Positions 46,363-59,894 are shown, counted from the first letter of the stretch. The stretch is 64,000 bases of DNA from Nemertoderma westbladi (GCA_032718475.1 JAUCBJ010002168.1:1-64000), one strand, 5' to 3'. The notes: generated by a model from the sequence alone, not told the origin. A program made the numbers and translations.

Positions 46363-48162
46363 ATGGGATATCATTTTATAGTATTTATACTTTATTTTAA
46401 TCTTATTTGTGTACTAGCTTCTTATCAAACTCTGGATAGCGGCGATATTAGTGATTCTCAAAATGTTTACGACGATGATCAATTTAGTGATGATATGGAT
46501 GACATTTACAGCGAGAATGTGGTTTATAACGACAACGAAGTACAAGAATCATCGATATATTCACGGCACGTGAAGATTCCAGGATTCTCCGCCAACCAGG
46601 ATGACAGCTATGTTTGCACATACTTCGAATTCCCGCGAGACGAGACATATCTCGTCGACTTCGCACCGTTCGTGGATCAAGCAACGGTGAATGCGATCGC
46701 TCTGTGGGCCTGTTATCGGCCAGCCAAGTTAACCGACATCTGGAGCTGCAACGACTCCGACGATATTTGTCTGTCGCAGCCAATACCTATGTACTCCTGG
46801 CAGGAAGGTCATCCAACAGCAGATATTCCAACCGGAAGTGGGATATTAGTTGGAGGAAAATCTTCCCTCAAATCTCTAATACTTCGAGTCCATTACGTCA
46901 GTAAGTCGCGACAAAGAGATTTCTCAGGTGTTACAATTCAGATGACTCCGATGAGACCCCCGAAGCTAGTTGGGGTCTATTTGTTGATTTCCGTTGAGGC
47001 TGCCGTAGACAACACCGTGACGATCGGCTGTGTGCACGATAACGAGGACCACATGGAGCCGTACGCGTTTCACGTGCGAAGTTCCGCCAAAGAAGTGAGC
47101 GGTTTCTATTTGTGCGGTGAAGAGGTAAGTCTTCTGGGTTCAGCGATGCCTCAATGGTCCGAATCGATATATCCTATCAAAGACAGTCCGGTAATTCATA
47201 AGGGAGGTCATGTCGTCGCGAGGTGCCTGTTTGAAGAGGGAATCGAAGCTGATCACAATCGTGGATGCATGTTTTACGTGTTCTATTTAATAAACTCCAA
47301 TGACTACCAAGAGCCAATCACGATTTGCGGTAGCAAACTTGAAGAACCGTTATCCAAATTGATAGCCGATCAGTCACCTCTTATATCCAACATACGAGTC
47401 GACCGATTTATCGCACAAACGTTCTCGGAACTTATTGCAAAGTTTGGATTGGATTGGGATCAAAACAAAGAAATACGGGATGAGTTAGAAGATTTGGTGG
47501 AATTTAACAATGGTTACAAAAATAGCCATGAAAAACTTATTGAAAAATCATTACATACTCCCGAGGACTCAACCAAATGGAAGGTGGCTTCTAGTAACGG
47601 TGCAAATGAAACCTCGTGTGTCACAAGATCTCAAGTATATCTGAAACAAAGACCTACAACCCCATTGGCAACATCATCATTCAAGATGCCGACCACTTCA
47701 ACCTTGCCATCATCTTCGCCAATACTAATAAAAACGTCATTGCCTCCAAAACAAATCTCTGCCGAAGTAGTAACTGAAAACGATGCCGATGGTGATGGCG
47801 ATGTTGTATTCGACCTTCACGACGAAGACAACATATTGAAAGATACTGACCTTAGCGGACCCAACGATCTGCAGTCATCATTAATGGTTATGGCCATGCT
47901 GACTGTTCCAATATTCATCATGGTGGTTGTTACAGTCATTTTGCGGATGAAAAAGGATACCAGTGACATCAAGCCGTCTTTTGACAAACTTAAAAATTCC
48001 CGAGGTTATAAGCGAACTAAACAAGCCAGTGAGAAAATTCAGGGGATAATCAACCAGTGGAACACACGAAAGGGTTTTGATCCACTTAGGCAGGACGATA
48101 GTGGGGGGGAGTTAAACCAATCAGATTCGGAGGTGGATGAATACACGGCTAAGCCAGTATAG
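46363..48162 (+). CDS. PAM-like type I membrane protein: PHM (copper monooxygenase) fold without most Cu ligands, no PAL domain, TM, PAM-type cytosolic tail
   Basis: Hydrophobic signal peptide; DDSYVC, LILRVHY, PQW...YP, HVVARC; TM LMVMAMLTVPIFIMVVVTVIL; tail RKGFDPLRQDDS...SDSEVDEY resembles PAM RKGFDRLSTEGS...SESEEEY. Confidence 0.85.
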   Translation: MGYHFIVFILYFNLICVLASYQTLDSGDISDSQNVYDDDQFSDDMDDIYSENVVYNDNEVQESSIYSRHVKIPGFSANQDDSYVCTYFEFPRDETYLVDFAPFVDQATVNAIALWACYRPAKLTDIWSCNDSDDICLSQPIPMYSWQEGHPTADIPTGSGILVGGKSSLKSLILRVHYVSKSRQRDFSGVTIQMTPMRPPKLVGVYLLISVEAAVDNTVTIGCVHDNEDHMEPYAFHVRSSAKEVSGFYLCGEEVSLLGSAMPQWSESIYPIKDSPVIHKGGHVVARCLFEEGIEADHNRGCMFYVFYLINSNDYQEPITICGSKLEEPLSKLIADQSPLISNIRVDRFIAQTFSELIAKFGLDWDQNKEIRDELEDLVEFNNGYKNSHEKLIEKSLHTPEDSTKWKVASSNGANETSCVTRSQVYLKQRPTTPLATSSFKMPTTSTLPSSSPILIKTSLPPKQISAEVVTENDADGDGDVVFDLHDEDNILKDTDLSGPNDLQSSLMVMAMLTVPIFIMVVVTVILRMKKDTSDIKPSFDKLKNSRGYKRTKQASEKIQGIINQWNTRKGFDPLRQDDSGGELNQSDSEVDEYTAKPV

Positions 48163-48897
48163 ACTTCGCTGTTAGATGATTCCAAAATGGAATCACTTCA
48201 CTGAACCTTTATCGCGAATGACTAAGGTTGAACTAAAGCCATATTATACCTCATAAAGTTTATGTAAAGCCTATGATGTCAAAATTACTGTACATAGTAA
48301 ACAAAATAACGTTGTTAGCTCGAACCCTATCCGTATTTTTGTTATTGTACCAGGGTGCAGACAATAACCATTTACATATTTGTTTGCAGAGTTTATTTAT
48401 CAGCACACTTTACAGTGTGCTGATCCGAGTGCTTTGTTACACAAACGAACAAAGTGAATTGGTGTAAATATAATCAAATCACGAGTTATAAGTTATAATT
48501 GAGATTTAATTTGCTAAATAACACTCTTATGATATATCCTATACATATAGATTGGCGCAAATTAACCACAAGTGAATAAAATTTTGTTTATTTCTTTAGT
48601 TAGAATACATCGAAATGGGCACTTGAGTTTATGTGTGTTGCGAATTCAATAAAAGGCCATGTGTGGAAAATTATCATGATTTTCATCATGAATTTGATTA
48701 CAGTAGCAGGCCTATAATGGGAACTTATGTTTGAACGTATGTTGAAGTCATAGCCATCCTTGGCTATGTACTGTAGCTCATCCGGCCACGGGACACACAC
48801 TGCACCCCTACAGTATGCTGCCAGGTGCATGTACGCCAGGTGCATTGGAGTGGACTTAATGGAATTGAGAGCACTCCACTCCTGACCAACCATTGGC

Positions 48898-49150
48898 TTT
48901 CGCCGTGAGGACCAGCCAGTGCATAATCTTGTACTTTGGCAGCCTCATGGAGTGAATAAGCATGGTGGACAGCCCATGACTTTCTTGAGACGCATCTTAA
49001 AGGACACTGGCCTTGAAGATGCGGATGATCTAGCAAATGTCATGGGTGATAGGGAGTTGTGGCGGCGCAATTTTGTCGACAAGCCGGCACAGTATTCTTA
49101 AAAATGCAGCTGCAATGCAGCATGCCGATACTAGTAGTAGCCATTGATTG
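48898..49150 (+). mobile_element. 3' end of the RTE family seen at 20778-22710
   Basis: HNLVLWQPHGVNKHGGQP...LANVMGDRELWR; matches 62545-62603 and the reverse of 59900-60100. Confidence 0.75.
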
Positions 49151-49948
49151 ATTACGATCTTCATGGTCAGGCCTCTTGACCCTGCAGCCGAGTAGGCCTA
49201 TATGGATCCTTATTTATCCCAGTATGTTCCTGAGACGTGTTGACCTAGGTCTAAAGGCCATAGATCTTAACAAAACAGGACTATAACTCAATAAAACAAA
49301 TTATGCGGGAAACATATCTTTTCACTCATTTTCAGTTGAGGGAAATTAAACTATTCTGCCCGAGTGGAAACTCAACACGCGATAGTAGAATATCTGAATT
49401 TAGCTAAAGAAAATGAATGGAAAATGGTGTTTTCCGTTACGTTTTTATATCGAATAATTTGTTTTATTTTAAAAAGTCATCACCAGCGTTAGCCCTCATA
49501 GTTAATCCCTTTGCATTCTTAGGAAGATACTCCGAAAGTAGAGCGTCATCGTACTCATCATTAACATTGTCGAGCACGTTCAGATTGTCAGGAATGATAC
49601 CGTTATGTTGTTACTATTCGCCTACCATGTCCAGTACCTCTCTATGCCATTCTGCAGGATGGGCCAGGCCTATGATTGTATACTGTATTGTGTAGGGGCC
49701 TACTACTGTTTTACTTTTAACATTGTTCAGCCGTTGTGGTGTTCTATGTTATTGTGGTGTTCTATGTTGTATGGTGGAATTGTGTGGTGGAATGGATGGC
49801 TCGCCCCGGAGGAGGAGGGTCAGGGAGAGGGGAGGTAGGCCTGGTGGAGAGTGAGGGATTGTAGGGATAGTGGACCTGTGTACTGGTGTACCGGTAGTCG
49901 GAATTAGAGGTTTCAGGGTTTTGGTGATTTATCTTGTTGATATTGAAG

Positions 49949-50007
49949 AGATAAGATAAGATAAGATAAGATAAGATAAGATAAGATAAGATAAGATAAG
50001 ATAAGAT
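49949..50007 (+). repeat. (ATAAG)11 microsatellite
   Basis: Perfect pentamer run. Confidence 0.95.
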
Positions 50008-50352
50008 TTATTAACAATTTCTACACAGATATAGAGCAAATTTGTACTAAATAAATTGATAACTATTGTATATAATATATGCATGCACATAATGTACTCT
50101 ACGTGTAGCTGGTACCTGGACGGGTAGTCCCATTATTTCAGGCACCAGTAACACAGCGATTAATTTATTTATTATTAACTACATTAGGCCTAATTAAGTA
50201 TTGTAATATTGACAGTAATTCTAATATATTGCATTAAGTATAAAACAATTTCGTAGGAGATTATATACAGATTATATAGGTTCGTAGAGATTAAATACAA
50301 GGATTGTTTATTGACAGACTTCCGCCATTTTCCCACAAGCTATCACCGCGAA

Positions 50353-53296
50353 ATGTCAGATTCAGACAACGAAGGAAATGTTGCTGGAAACGGAGTAGTG
50401 TCCGGTACCGGTGCTGTCACGACTTGTGCCGGTAGCAGTCGACCGCGGTTAAGTGTAAAATTAGATGGGATAATTGAGAAGTTTTCTAGACTAGATTGTG
50501 GACAAGATTTTGCAGAGTGGGCCGCAAAGTTTGAAATTGTAGCTCGATTACAAGGTTGGACTGACAATATGGAAGTTTATTTTCCTTTGTTTTTGACTTC
50601 TAGTGCATTTGTGGTTTATCAGCAAACGCCGGATGAAGATAAAGAGAGCTGGCCAGCGATAAAGAAGCGTTTAAACGATGCCTTTTCGGTAACTCAGTCT
50701 CAAGCCTACCAATTATTTAAAACACGCATTGTGAAACCGGGCGAATCTTACGATGTTTATTTAGCGGAATTAAGGAAGTTGTTATTGCTTTCTGGTGTAA
50801 CCGACGTCGATTCAGCTACGCCTATTCTTCGGGGACAGTTTTTGGCAGGTCTACCAAGTAATGTAACCCAACATCTAACAGCTGCCATTGAAGCTGAGGG
50901 AGTTGAACTGCAACTTTCGGAGTTAGTGGCGCGTGCTAGAAGAGTATCCGGTATGTTAAAGGAAAAAGGTGCTGGTAATGGTACCTACGATCGCGTTGTG
51001 GCCTGTGGGTGCCATCGAACGGCAGGGGAATGTTGGTGTACGAGGGAATGGTCCAATCCAAGCTGTCTGCTGGAATTGCAGTGAAGTGGGACATATTGCC
51101 CGACAGTGCCCCCGGGGTCGGAATCGAGGAAGTGGAGCACGCGGTGGGATACAATGTTACGGATGCCGAGGGTTTGGTCACACGCAGCGTGAATGCCCAT
51201 CTGTCCAACGGAAGTCGGGTTCGGAAAACTTTTCCAGGGGGGTGTATTCGCAATCCTCGGTCACCCCCCGCGCTTCCTTCCAACCGTAACATGTCAGTTA
51301 ACATTTCCTTGTAATAAAGGAGATATTTTTACGTTTACAGCCGGGTTGGACACGTTCTGTACAGAGTCTTTAATAACTAAGAAGTTGTTGCTTAACAATT
51401 GTATTAACTTTCGGTGTTCAGAATTTAATAATACTCTTGGAACATTAGGGGATAGTGTAGCCGTACATGGTAGTGTGTGTGCTCATATCAATGGTATAGA
51501 TGGAACTGATACAAGTGTCGAAATATGTTTGAAGGTTGTTGACACTGAGTGTTTGTTTGGTGTGGATATATTATTAGGGGCAGATTGTCTAACTATTTTT
51601 GGAGAGTTAAATGTAGTGTATGACCGTACCGTGACATGGGGGTGTGTAATGTAAAATTGCCATTGCATTGATGCATGAGTGCGTAGATGGTACCCAAACT
51701 AAGCTGCTTGGGGCCCTTAATAATGAGCGTAGCAAGCCTGTTGTCGCTGCTGCAATGTCTGATAAGTCTGATGGCAGTTGTGAACAATCATTACTTAATG
51801 TCAATGCTAAAGAGTGGTACCCAAAATGTCCATTGCAGACGGTATATAACCATAGTTTGTTGTCACAAACTAATCGGTTAGGAAAATTTATTCGTGTAGA
51901 ACAATTTTTGAATGGTGATATATGTTTGCATGATAAAGATTTTAATGTAACATGGCATAGCATCGATAAGCGGTGGGTTCTAGAGTGGAAGTGGATATCA
52001 GGAATTCCACCTGTTGGTCATATAGGTTCCGGCCTAGGTGAATATAACATTAAAATTTCTGATAGACAGCTAGACCTATTTAGTGGTGAAGTGAATAAGT
52101 GGGTTACCAATGGTTGGATGGTTAAGCATGACCCTCAGGTTCATGGTGAGCTTAAAGGAGTACTACCCCTAATGCCAGTTCTACAGGAACATAAACCGAC
52201 AACTCCCGTACGGCCTGTGCTAGATTATACCCTATTAAACAAGTTATTGTGTGCTGATCCCGGTCGGCAAGTGGCGGTTTGTAGCGAGTCAGTTAGAACA
52301 TGGCGTAAAATGGGTAACAATACCAAACTTTTAGACCTATCTAAGGCTTATCTACAGGTTCATGTAGTTCCATATCAGACTGTGTATCAGGGGGTGATTT
52401 GGAATGATGAAGTGTATATTATAAATCGAATGGGATACGGCCTCGAAATCGCTCATAAAGTTTTACATGCAATAGTTTCATTTATTTTTGACACCGGTGG
52501 TTACACCATTGAACAGGTTGATAAGTATGTGGATGACATCTATGTCAATGAAGATTTAATAAGTGTAACTGAGGTTCGTGCGTTACTAATGCGGTTTGGT
52601 TTAGAAAGTAAGGACCCTGAAGGTCCCCAAACAATGAGTCTTCTGGGAATGAATATTTACCAAGATCCTTGTGGTGTGCTACAGTGGACAAGGAAAGATA
52701 AAGATACGTTAGAATTGCCTAGTAGGTTAACCAAACGAGAAATATTTTCCTGGTGTGGGAAATTAGTGGCCCATTACCCTGTTGTTAGTTATATTAGAGT
52801 TTGCTGTGGGTGGTTAAAACGTCTCTGCGACAATCATTGGGATGATCCAGCTAATTATGCTGTGAAAGAACTTGCTATTGATTTGTATAACATGGTCAGG
52901 GATAACAATACAGTGCGTGGAGTTTGGTCTGTGCAGAACACTATCCATAGTAAAGTAGAGTTGTGGGTGGATGCCAGTGATATAGCCAAAGGTGTTGTAC
53001 TTGAAATTGATGGTAGTGTTGTTGAGGACGCATCCTGGTTACGTAAGGCAAAGGATTTTTCGCATATCAATGTAGCTGAGTTGGACGCATTATTGGAGGG
53101 CATTAATCTCCTTGTAAAGTGGAATTTGGTTTGCAAACGGTGTCTAATATATACGGACTCTGAGGTAGTGTATAATTGGATGCAACAGATGTTGAATAAC
53201 ACTTGCAGGTACCACATTGGCGGAATGACAGAAGCAGTAGTTAGACGCCGATTGCAAATAATAGAGGAAGTCATTGACAGTGATTGTGGAAAGTGA
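50353..53296 (+). mobile_element. divergent LTR-type retrotransposon gag-pol remnant (gag, 2 CCHC, PR, RT, RNase H; integrase lost)
   Basis: CWNCSEVGHIARQC, CYGCRGFGHTQREC; LDTFC; RPVLDY, LDLSKAYLQ, YVDD; WVDAS, HINVAELDA, YTDS. Split over four ORFs; no LTR found. Confidence 0.85.
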
Positions 53297-53561
53297 ATAA
53301 ATTTAGTGGAAAGTGAATAAATTTAGCGGAAAGTGAATACATTTAGTGGAATGTGAATAAATTTAGTGGAATGTGAATAAATTTAGGGGAAAGTGAATAA
53401 TTTTAGCGGAAAGTGAATGAATTTAGTGGAAAGTGAATAAATTTAGTGGAAAGTGAATAAATTTAGTGGAAAGTGAATAAATTTAGTGGAAAGTGAATAA
53501 ATTTAGTGGAAAGTGAATAATTTAGTGGAAAGTGAATAAATTGAGTGGAAAGTGAATAAAT
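53286..53561 (+). repeat. 20-bp tandem satellite (GTGGAAAGTGAATAAATTTA)n, ~14 units
   Basis: Contiguous near-identical units without spacers, degenerating toward ~53750. Confidence 0.95.
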
Positions 53562-53846
53562 TATAAACCATTTTTAGTAAAATATGATTATATTTGGTGG
53601 ATACAAAATTAAAAATAGTTGGGACATAATTATTTTTAATGGAAATCCAATTATAAATGGTGAAGAGTAATTAATTTAAGTGAAGGAAATATGATTTTTA
53701 GTGAAGGAAATATTGAGTGAACAAAATGATTATTCTTAGTGGGAAATAAATATGATGCGTAATAATTATCCTGAAAACGAAACTCAAAAGGTACCCGTAG
53801 GCCCTGCGCGTTACATATTTTAAGGTCCGCGTAGCGAGACCTCTAG
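53286..53846 (+). mobile_element. non-autonomous Helitron-like 3' portion carrying the satellite
   Basis: Hairpin AGGTCCGC-GTA-GCG-A-GACCT (53823-42) followed by CTAG|T. A related motif lies on the minus strand at 40992-41010. 5' end not identified. Confidence 0.55.
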
Positions 53847-54237
53847 TATTCACTCCGTTACTTGTTGTTGTTGTTGGGGTTGTTGAATGTTGGGGTTGTT
53901 AATTTCCAGATATGGAGAGGGGGACTTGGAATCTCTAGGTACATTCTTTTTCAATCCCCCATTACGGTGAATGTTTTTTGATGTAAGATTGATAGTAAGC
54001 CATTCATGGAAACAGTTCATGTGTTAGTAGACGTGAACCTTTGCTTGTTTGTGACTAACCATTTGGCAGTGGCAGTTCTGCAGTTAGGTAAAAGACCGTT
54101 GGACTGAATCAGAAGGCAGGAATGAAACTGAAAGTTTTATCAGTTATTATACAACACTGTTGTTGTAACAAACTCTCTCATGTCTCTGACTAGCCTATCT
54201 GCCTATTGCAGTATAGAGCCACTAACTGACTACACAG

Positions 54238-55700
54238 GGGTGCATGTAAAGAGCGGACTGCGGACTGGCGGACTACGGACTGGGGATTGCCAAAATCCGC
54301 GCGGTCAATTTGAATTATTGACTTCCAAACTAAGAATCCGCTCTTTGTTGTCTGGACAAATGGCGGACTGAAGCCGGTAAATTGTAACCTGATTGGCTCA
54401 ATCATTTACTTACATAGGCTGAAGCTGAAAGGGAACTTAAAGAATGAATCATCCCATTGGCTTTTAAATGTTTACCAATGTGCAACACTGTAATACAGGA
54501 AATAATTATCCTATACAGTTACGTGGACTGTTGATTAAGGGCCTACTATATAATCAATATTCTACGGATTTTCAGATTATTTATTTCAATAAATATTTTT
54601 ATATACTTCCTGCCTTTAGAGTTTATGTCACAGTTGTCTGTTCGCAAATATAAAAGAGCGAATATTCGGACATCCTAAGCGCAGGAGCTGGGGGAAGATC
54701 TTCTCTGTGCTGGGGGTAAGAGAGCGTAAGAAAAGGGGGAAGAGGGGCAAAGAAAATGGGTGTGGATCTATAAATAGCATCCAATAGGACGCATCTAATT
54801 ACTGGCATTTAATTCTGTCCAAATTTTTATGACAGCCTTAAAATGAAAACCACGAACACGTGATCGGCTAGTGCTTTTTTTAATGTTTTTTTAGTGTGGG
54901 CTGTGATATCCTACATATATGACATACGATTAACTGTGGGGCGAGCAACGTAAGTCCAGGTGAGCCTTAGCATATGGGTATAATTGGTGGACCCGTCTGT
55001 CGTTGTCATCGTCGGAAATGTTTGAACGCTAATAAGTCGGTCAATCTTGGAAAAATAATGTTTCACTACTAGTATGTACGACTAATATGTTTCAATTATG
55101 TTCCAATTTTGTTTCAACTAACAGAGACATAATAGTGGCAGTACGAGCCAACCTCCCCCACCCCCCCCCCCCCCCTTTTTTTTTTGGACGACCCCAACGT
55201 AAAAACTTTTAATTTAAGTAACAAGCAAACAAGGAATATCTTATAAGGTCGCTGTTCACACCTTTAAGCAATAAGCATAACTCTGCTTCGGCAGCAGAAG
55301 TACATACTACAGTAGTCCCAAAGTCTGCATCCAAAGTAGAGTTACGAATGAATCATGCTTAAAAGAGTGAACCGGCCTTAACCTGAGAGATTCTAATGAA
55401 AGTTCAAGAGTTCTTCCTACTGCCTACATAATAGGTTTTCAAAATAATAGGTTTCCATCTCTGTGTCACAATGAAAACATTTAAGCCAATAGGAGGATTC
55501 AAGAAAGTTCCCTTTGGGCCTCTATGTAAATGATTGAGCCAATCAGGTTAAAATTTTCTGGCTTCAGTCCGCCGTTTGTCCAGGCAACAAAGAGCGGATT
55601 CTTACATTATAATGCTATAATTCAAATTGACCGCGCATATTTGGGCTTTTAATTGACAATCCGCAGTCCGTAGTCCGCAGTCCGCTCTTTACATGCACCC
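54238..55700. mobile_element. non-autonomous Mutator (MULE)-like element
   Basis: ~180-bp TIRs GGGTGCATGTAAAGAGCGGACT... with 9-bp TSD ACTACACAG (54229-37, 55701-09). Confidence 0.85.
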
Positions 55701-56738
55701 ACTACACAGGACTAAATTAATTAATTAAATAACTAAATTAAATTAAATTAGTGCTTCTGTAGCTGTACCGGTAGCGTAGCCTATTTCTATTCAGCTATTA
55801 TCTGATTAGCAATTACCAAGCTGCCAAAGACTAGGCCTACTGTACTGACAGACTGACAGACTGAAGACAGGAAGGACTACAGGAACAGGACAGCATGACT
55901 ACCGTTTTGCCGTTCCCGTCAGCCTGTTCATACTTCCTGCTGTCCTGGCTCCACCCTACAGGTCAGCAGGTTACAGTCCTACAGGACAGGCACAGGTAGG
56001 CGTCTATCAGTCTATTGGCCTAGTCTGCTAGCAGGCTAGTAGGCTAAGTTTTAGCTTGCTTACGGTGCTTGTACTCATACTGCAGTACTGGTAGTTCGGT
56101 ACCGGTATTGTTTAGTTTGTAGTTTCAGAGTTTGGTTTACCGTACTGGCTGACTGGTTTGGATTGGAGATTGGATTAGTATGTTAGTTCAGTAGTTAGTA
56201 TGTAGTAGTACCGGTACGGTATTCTGGTATTTATTAGTAGTTTATTTTCCATTTTCGTTTAGGTTTAGGCCTCCAGGCCTCCTAGCTGCCTACTGCTGGA
56301 CTGGCATGGTTCTGTAGTTCAGTACAGGCTGACAGGTAGTTTACCTTCTGTTTCTTCTGTCAAGTTTCTTCTGTTTGGCAGTTTACCGCAGTACCTACCA
56401 TGTACCTACTTGTGTCTACTGTTGACGGTGACACAGAACCATTTGAAGTGTTATGGGGCGTCCTCCAGGGAAACACACTTGCACCATTTTTGTTCATAAT
56501 TGTGGTTGACTATGTTCTTCGCATGTCCTTAGATCATCATAATGATGATGGGGTGATGATAACTCCACCTACTAGCTCCAGAAGTCGAGGAAATCATGCC
56601 AAGTACCTAACTGATCTAGACTTTGCTGATGACTTATGAGTACTCTCAGAATCACTAGAGGGCGCCCAATGACTCCTCCATCCTCAGCTCATTAGAACAT
56701 GCTGCTTCTAGTGGTGGTCTTTTTATTAACTCCAGAAA

Positions 56739-58411
56739 CAGTCAGGTTCCCGGCTTAATTTGACATTATGTCAAATTTGACATGTGGCATGTCAAATTTG
56801 TCACTAATGTCAAAATTGCCATTTCGTTGTTTAAATTCTATCTATCTGTCTATAGGCATAGTTAAAAGACAGATGTCAAGGCAAATAGCCTACGGGTAGT
56901 TGGTAGTTGATAGCACTTACTGACTTAATAGTTAACTGGTTAAACAAATAGTTAATAGTACTTTCTTTAGTTGTACCTATTCAGTAAAAATATAATCAGG
57001 CAATGTATGTGTACGAGCAATCCTTCTGTGAGCAAGTCGAGTTCGATGGAAATGCTACATATGCCTGCCTATCTGCCTATCCCATGTGAAGCGACCGGGT
57101 AAAAACAGAAGCAATTGCAAAATTACCTGCGGAGCAACTGCGAGAAAAATTGATAGATATTTTGTCTAATTGGCAGTCTGATTTCGTAGAATACTCAGAA
57201 CTCCTTAAATTGTCCAAGAAAAAACAAGAACTAGTCGATTTGTACCTCCAAATCCAACAAGATATGAGCATTAGGTACCATAGAAGAGGAGCCTGAAACT
57301 GATGAATAGTCTGTTCTGAATCATTCATTTCATACCGTTCAACCATTCTGCCATTAGAATATATATTATATTGCACTAGTCCTAATCTTTTGTGGTTCAT
57401 AAATTGTATTGATATTGAGTTCCGAAATTGCATGTAGATATAATATAACAATGATTTGTGTTCCTTAAATAATTTACAGATTCTTGTTCATTTTTAAAGA
57501 TTGCAATTGAAGATTGCGGGTTAGTTATTAAATGCCATTTCCATGATTTCTATGCAGCCAGTTTTCAACCTTAACCTATGTTTGGCTCTGTCTGACCTCA
57601 ATATAAAATTTATATAATTGATTAATTGACCCCTCAGCCCTCACCCCCCCCCCCCCCCCCCCCCTCCCTCTTCCATTCGAAATAATAATGCTATATACCA
57701 TACCATATATAAATAAACTATGGTAAGCTAAGAATGGTGAACTGAACTGTTATTTATCAAGTTAAATTAGGTTGCTGTTATTGTTATATTAAGTTATTGT
57801 CTGGGGGGACTGGACGCAATAAAATTGCATCCCTCTCCAGGGGAAATTGGACACAATTAACAGTTGATTACTCTCAAAAATTAAACTGTAACCTGTTCTA
57901 TTGTGTTTAGTTTATTGTTTTGGTTAAAATAATGTGCCTTTGTAACCTGCTCCTTACAGAAGGAATCGGTAATTAAATATCCCATTTTTCATTTCATCCT
58001 TTTCATCCAGTTTAAAATATAAAACTATAATAATTAAAATTGATGTTGGATCAATTAAACAGATTTAATAATAAACCTTCAACATCAAATCGTTTTATAT
58101 ATTTATACTACTGACTGGCAGACTGGTATAATATTAAATGTGAAATTTGGAATGTCATGTCAAATTTGAATCTTGCAGAATTTAAAACGTAATTATTTCA
58201 AAAAATTCTTGGTGAATTTCAATTACCCCTGGTGAAAATGTTCAAATGGCAATTTAATGTCTACATATAAAAATTCAGATGCCCAATTAAATAATTGAAC
58301 TCCCAAAGCACTTTTTCTCTTTTTCCATGTCAAATTTAGCATGAAATGTCAAATTTGAAAAGCAAAATGTCAAATTTGACATAATGTCAAATTAAGCCAG
58401 GAACCAGACTG
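56739..58411. mobile_element. non-autonomous TIR DNA transposon, CAGTC...GACTG type (B), 5-bp TSD AGAAA
   Basis: TIR CAGTCAGGTTCCCGGCTTAATTTGACATTATGTCAAATTTGACAT. The empty site in the other RTE copy has a single AGAAA. Confidence 0.9.
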
Positions 58412-59894
58412 AGAAAGACCACAATTTTGACAGTTAACTTTGAAAGTCCTCAGCAAGTCTCTGATCGGATGAACATAAGCTCAAATGATGGTATGCTTGA
58501 GCATGTGGGTGGACGACTTCTGTTACCTGGCACCTGGGATCATGGATCCGGAAGTCAGGTGAGAGGACCTTCGAATACGTAAGGGAAAGGCATGGGCAGC
58601 CTTGAATAGGCTTTCCAGGATTTGGAAGTCACCGAGAATTAATCGGAAACTTAAGGTCCGATTATTTAGAGCAGTAGTTGTTCCAGTACTCTTCTATGGG
58701 AGTCCATGCTGGGCTCTAACTGCCTGACTGCTGAGGACACCAAATCTCTGGATGGCGCATTCACAAGAATGCTACGCCGGGTTCATTGTGTCAAGTACAA
58801 TGCACACATCTCCAACAGTCGGTGAGAAGTCAAAAATTGGACTTGAGTCCAAAATTGGACTTCGACTCCAGTTCAAGTCCAAAATTTGACTTCTGTGAGT
58901 CCAATATTGGACTTCAAATCAGCCAATTGTTCCAGGGCCTTGGGTAATTGGATCGGGCGGGATTTTTTTTCTTTAATCGAAAATATATCAAAAAATAAGA
59001 GTTTTGAACAGGGGGACCTGAAATTCACCAGGGGGAACTTTTTTTATAAGGCTTTGAATTTTTACAAAAGTCCAATATTGGACTTTAAGTCCAATTTTGG
59101 ACGTGACATTGAGAATCGAACTTAAAGGTAGATGAAGCATGACAGATGAGAGACAGCCAGACAGCTGTTAAGTTATGGAAAGTTACCTTTGCAGCTCTGT
59201 ATGTATCTTCAGTGTAATGACTGTACTGTACTTAGAATATAATGGTACATTCTAGCATTCTAGGTACTTTGTACTTTACTTTTAGCATATTGTTTAGTTT
59301 ACAATTTACATTCATGTTATGTCTAACCTTACAGCCTTATGTACCCAGGACTTTATAATGTCTTTAGGACTAGATTAGATTATGCTCCAACAAATATTTA
59401 ATTACAAATTATATTTGGTGGATACTGGTAGCAATGCCAGGTTAGCCAACTGCAGCTGCTGCTAAGGCTAACTACAGTACAAGCTACGATTTCGTCTAAG
59501 GCTATGGGAAGGGGAACCCTATCAGAAAGAAATACTACAAGTTGATGCTACCTCCATCTCTTCTAATTTTTCCATACAACAGGAAGGGTATTATAAAACG
59601 GCTGGATAACAGGATAATGAAATGGGATTAGTAACTACCGGTAATTAACGTGTTGGGGTCTCCACATAATAAGTACAGAAGTAACAAGTAACACACGTCA
59701 TAATCATAAACCAATTGAGGGAAAGGAACAGGTTACAGATGCAGGCTTTTCTAACTAAACAATAAACGGCCACTTTTGACTTTACCAATTGAAGGAGCCC
59801 TATACTGCTATAACCTCACCACATACTACTACTACAATCGGCATGATTCATTGCAACTGCATTATATATATCGGCCCTATTATGTATTAAGAAT

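Noticed and set aside
53286-53561. CRISPR array
   Set aside because: Units are contiguous with no unique spacers, context is eukaryotic and no cas genes are present.
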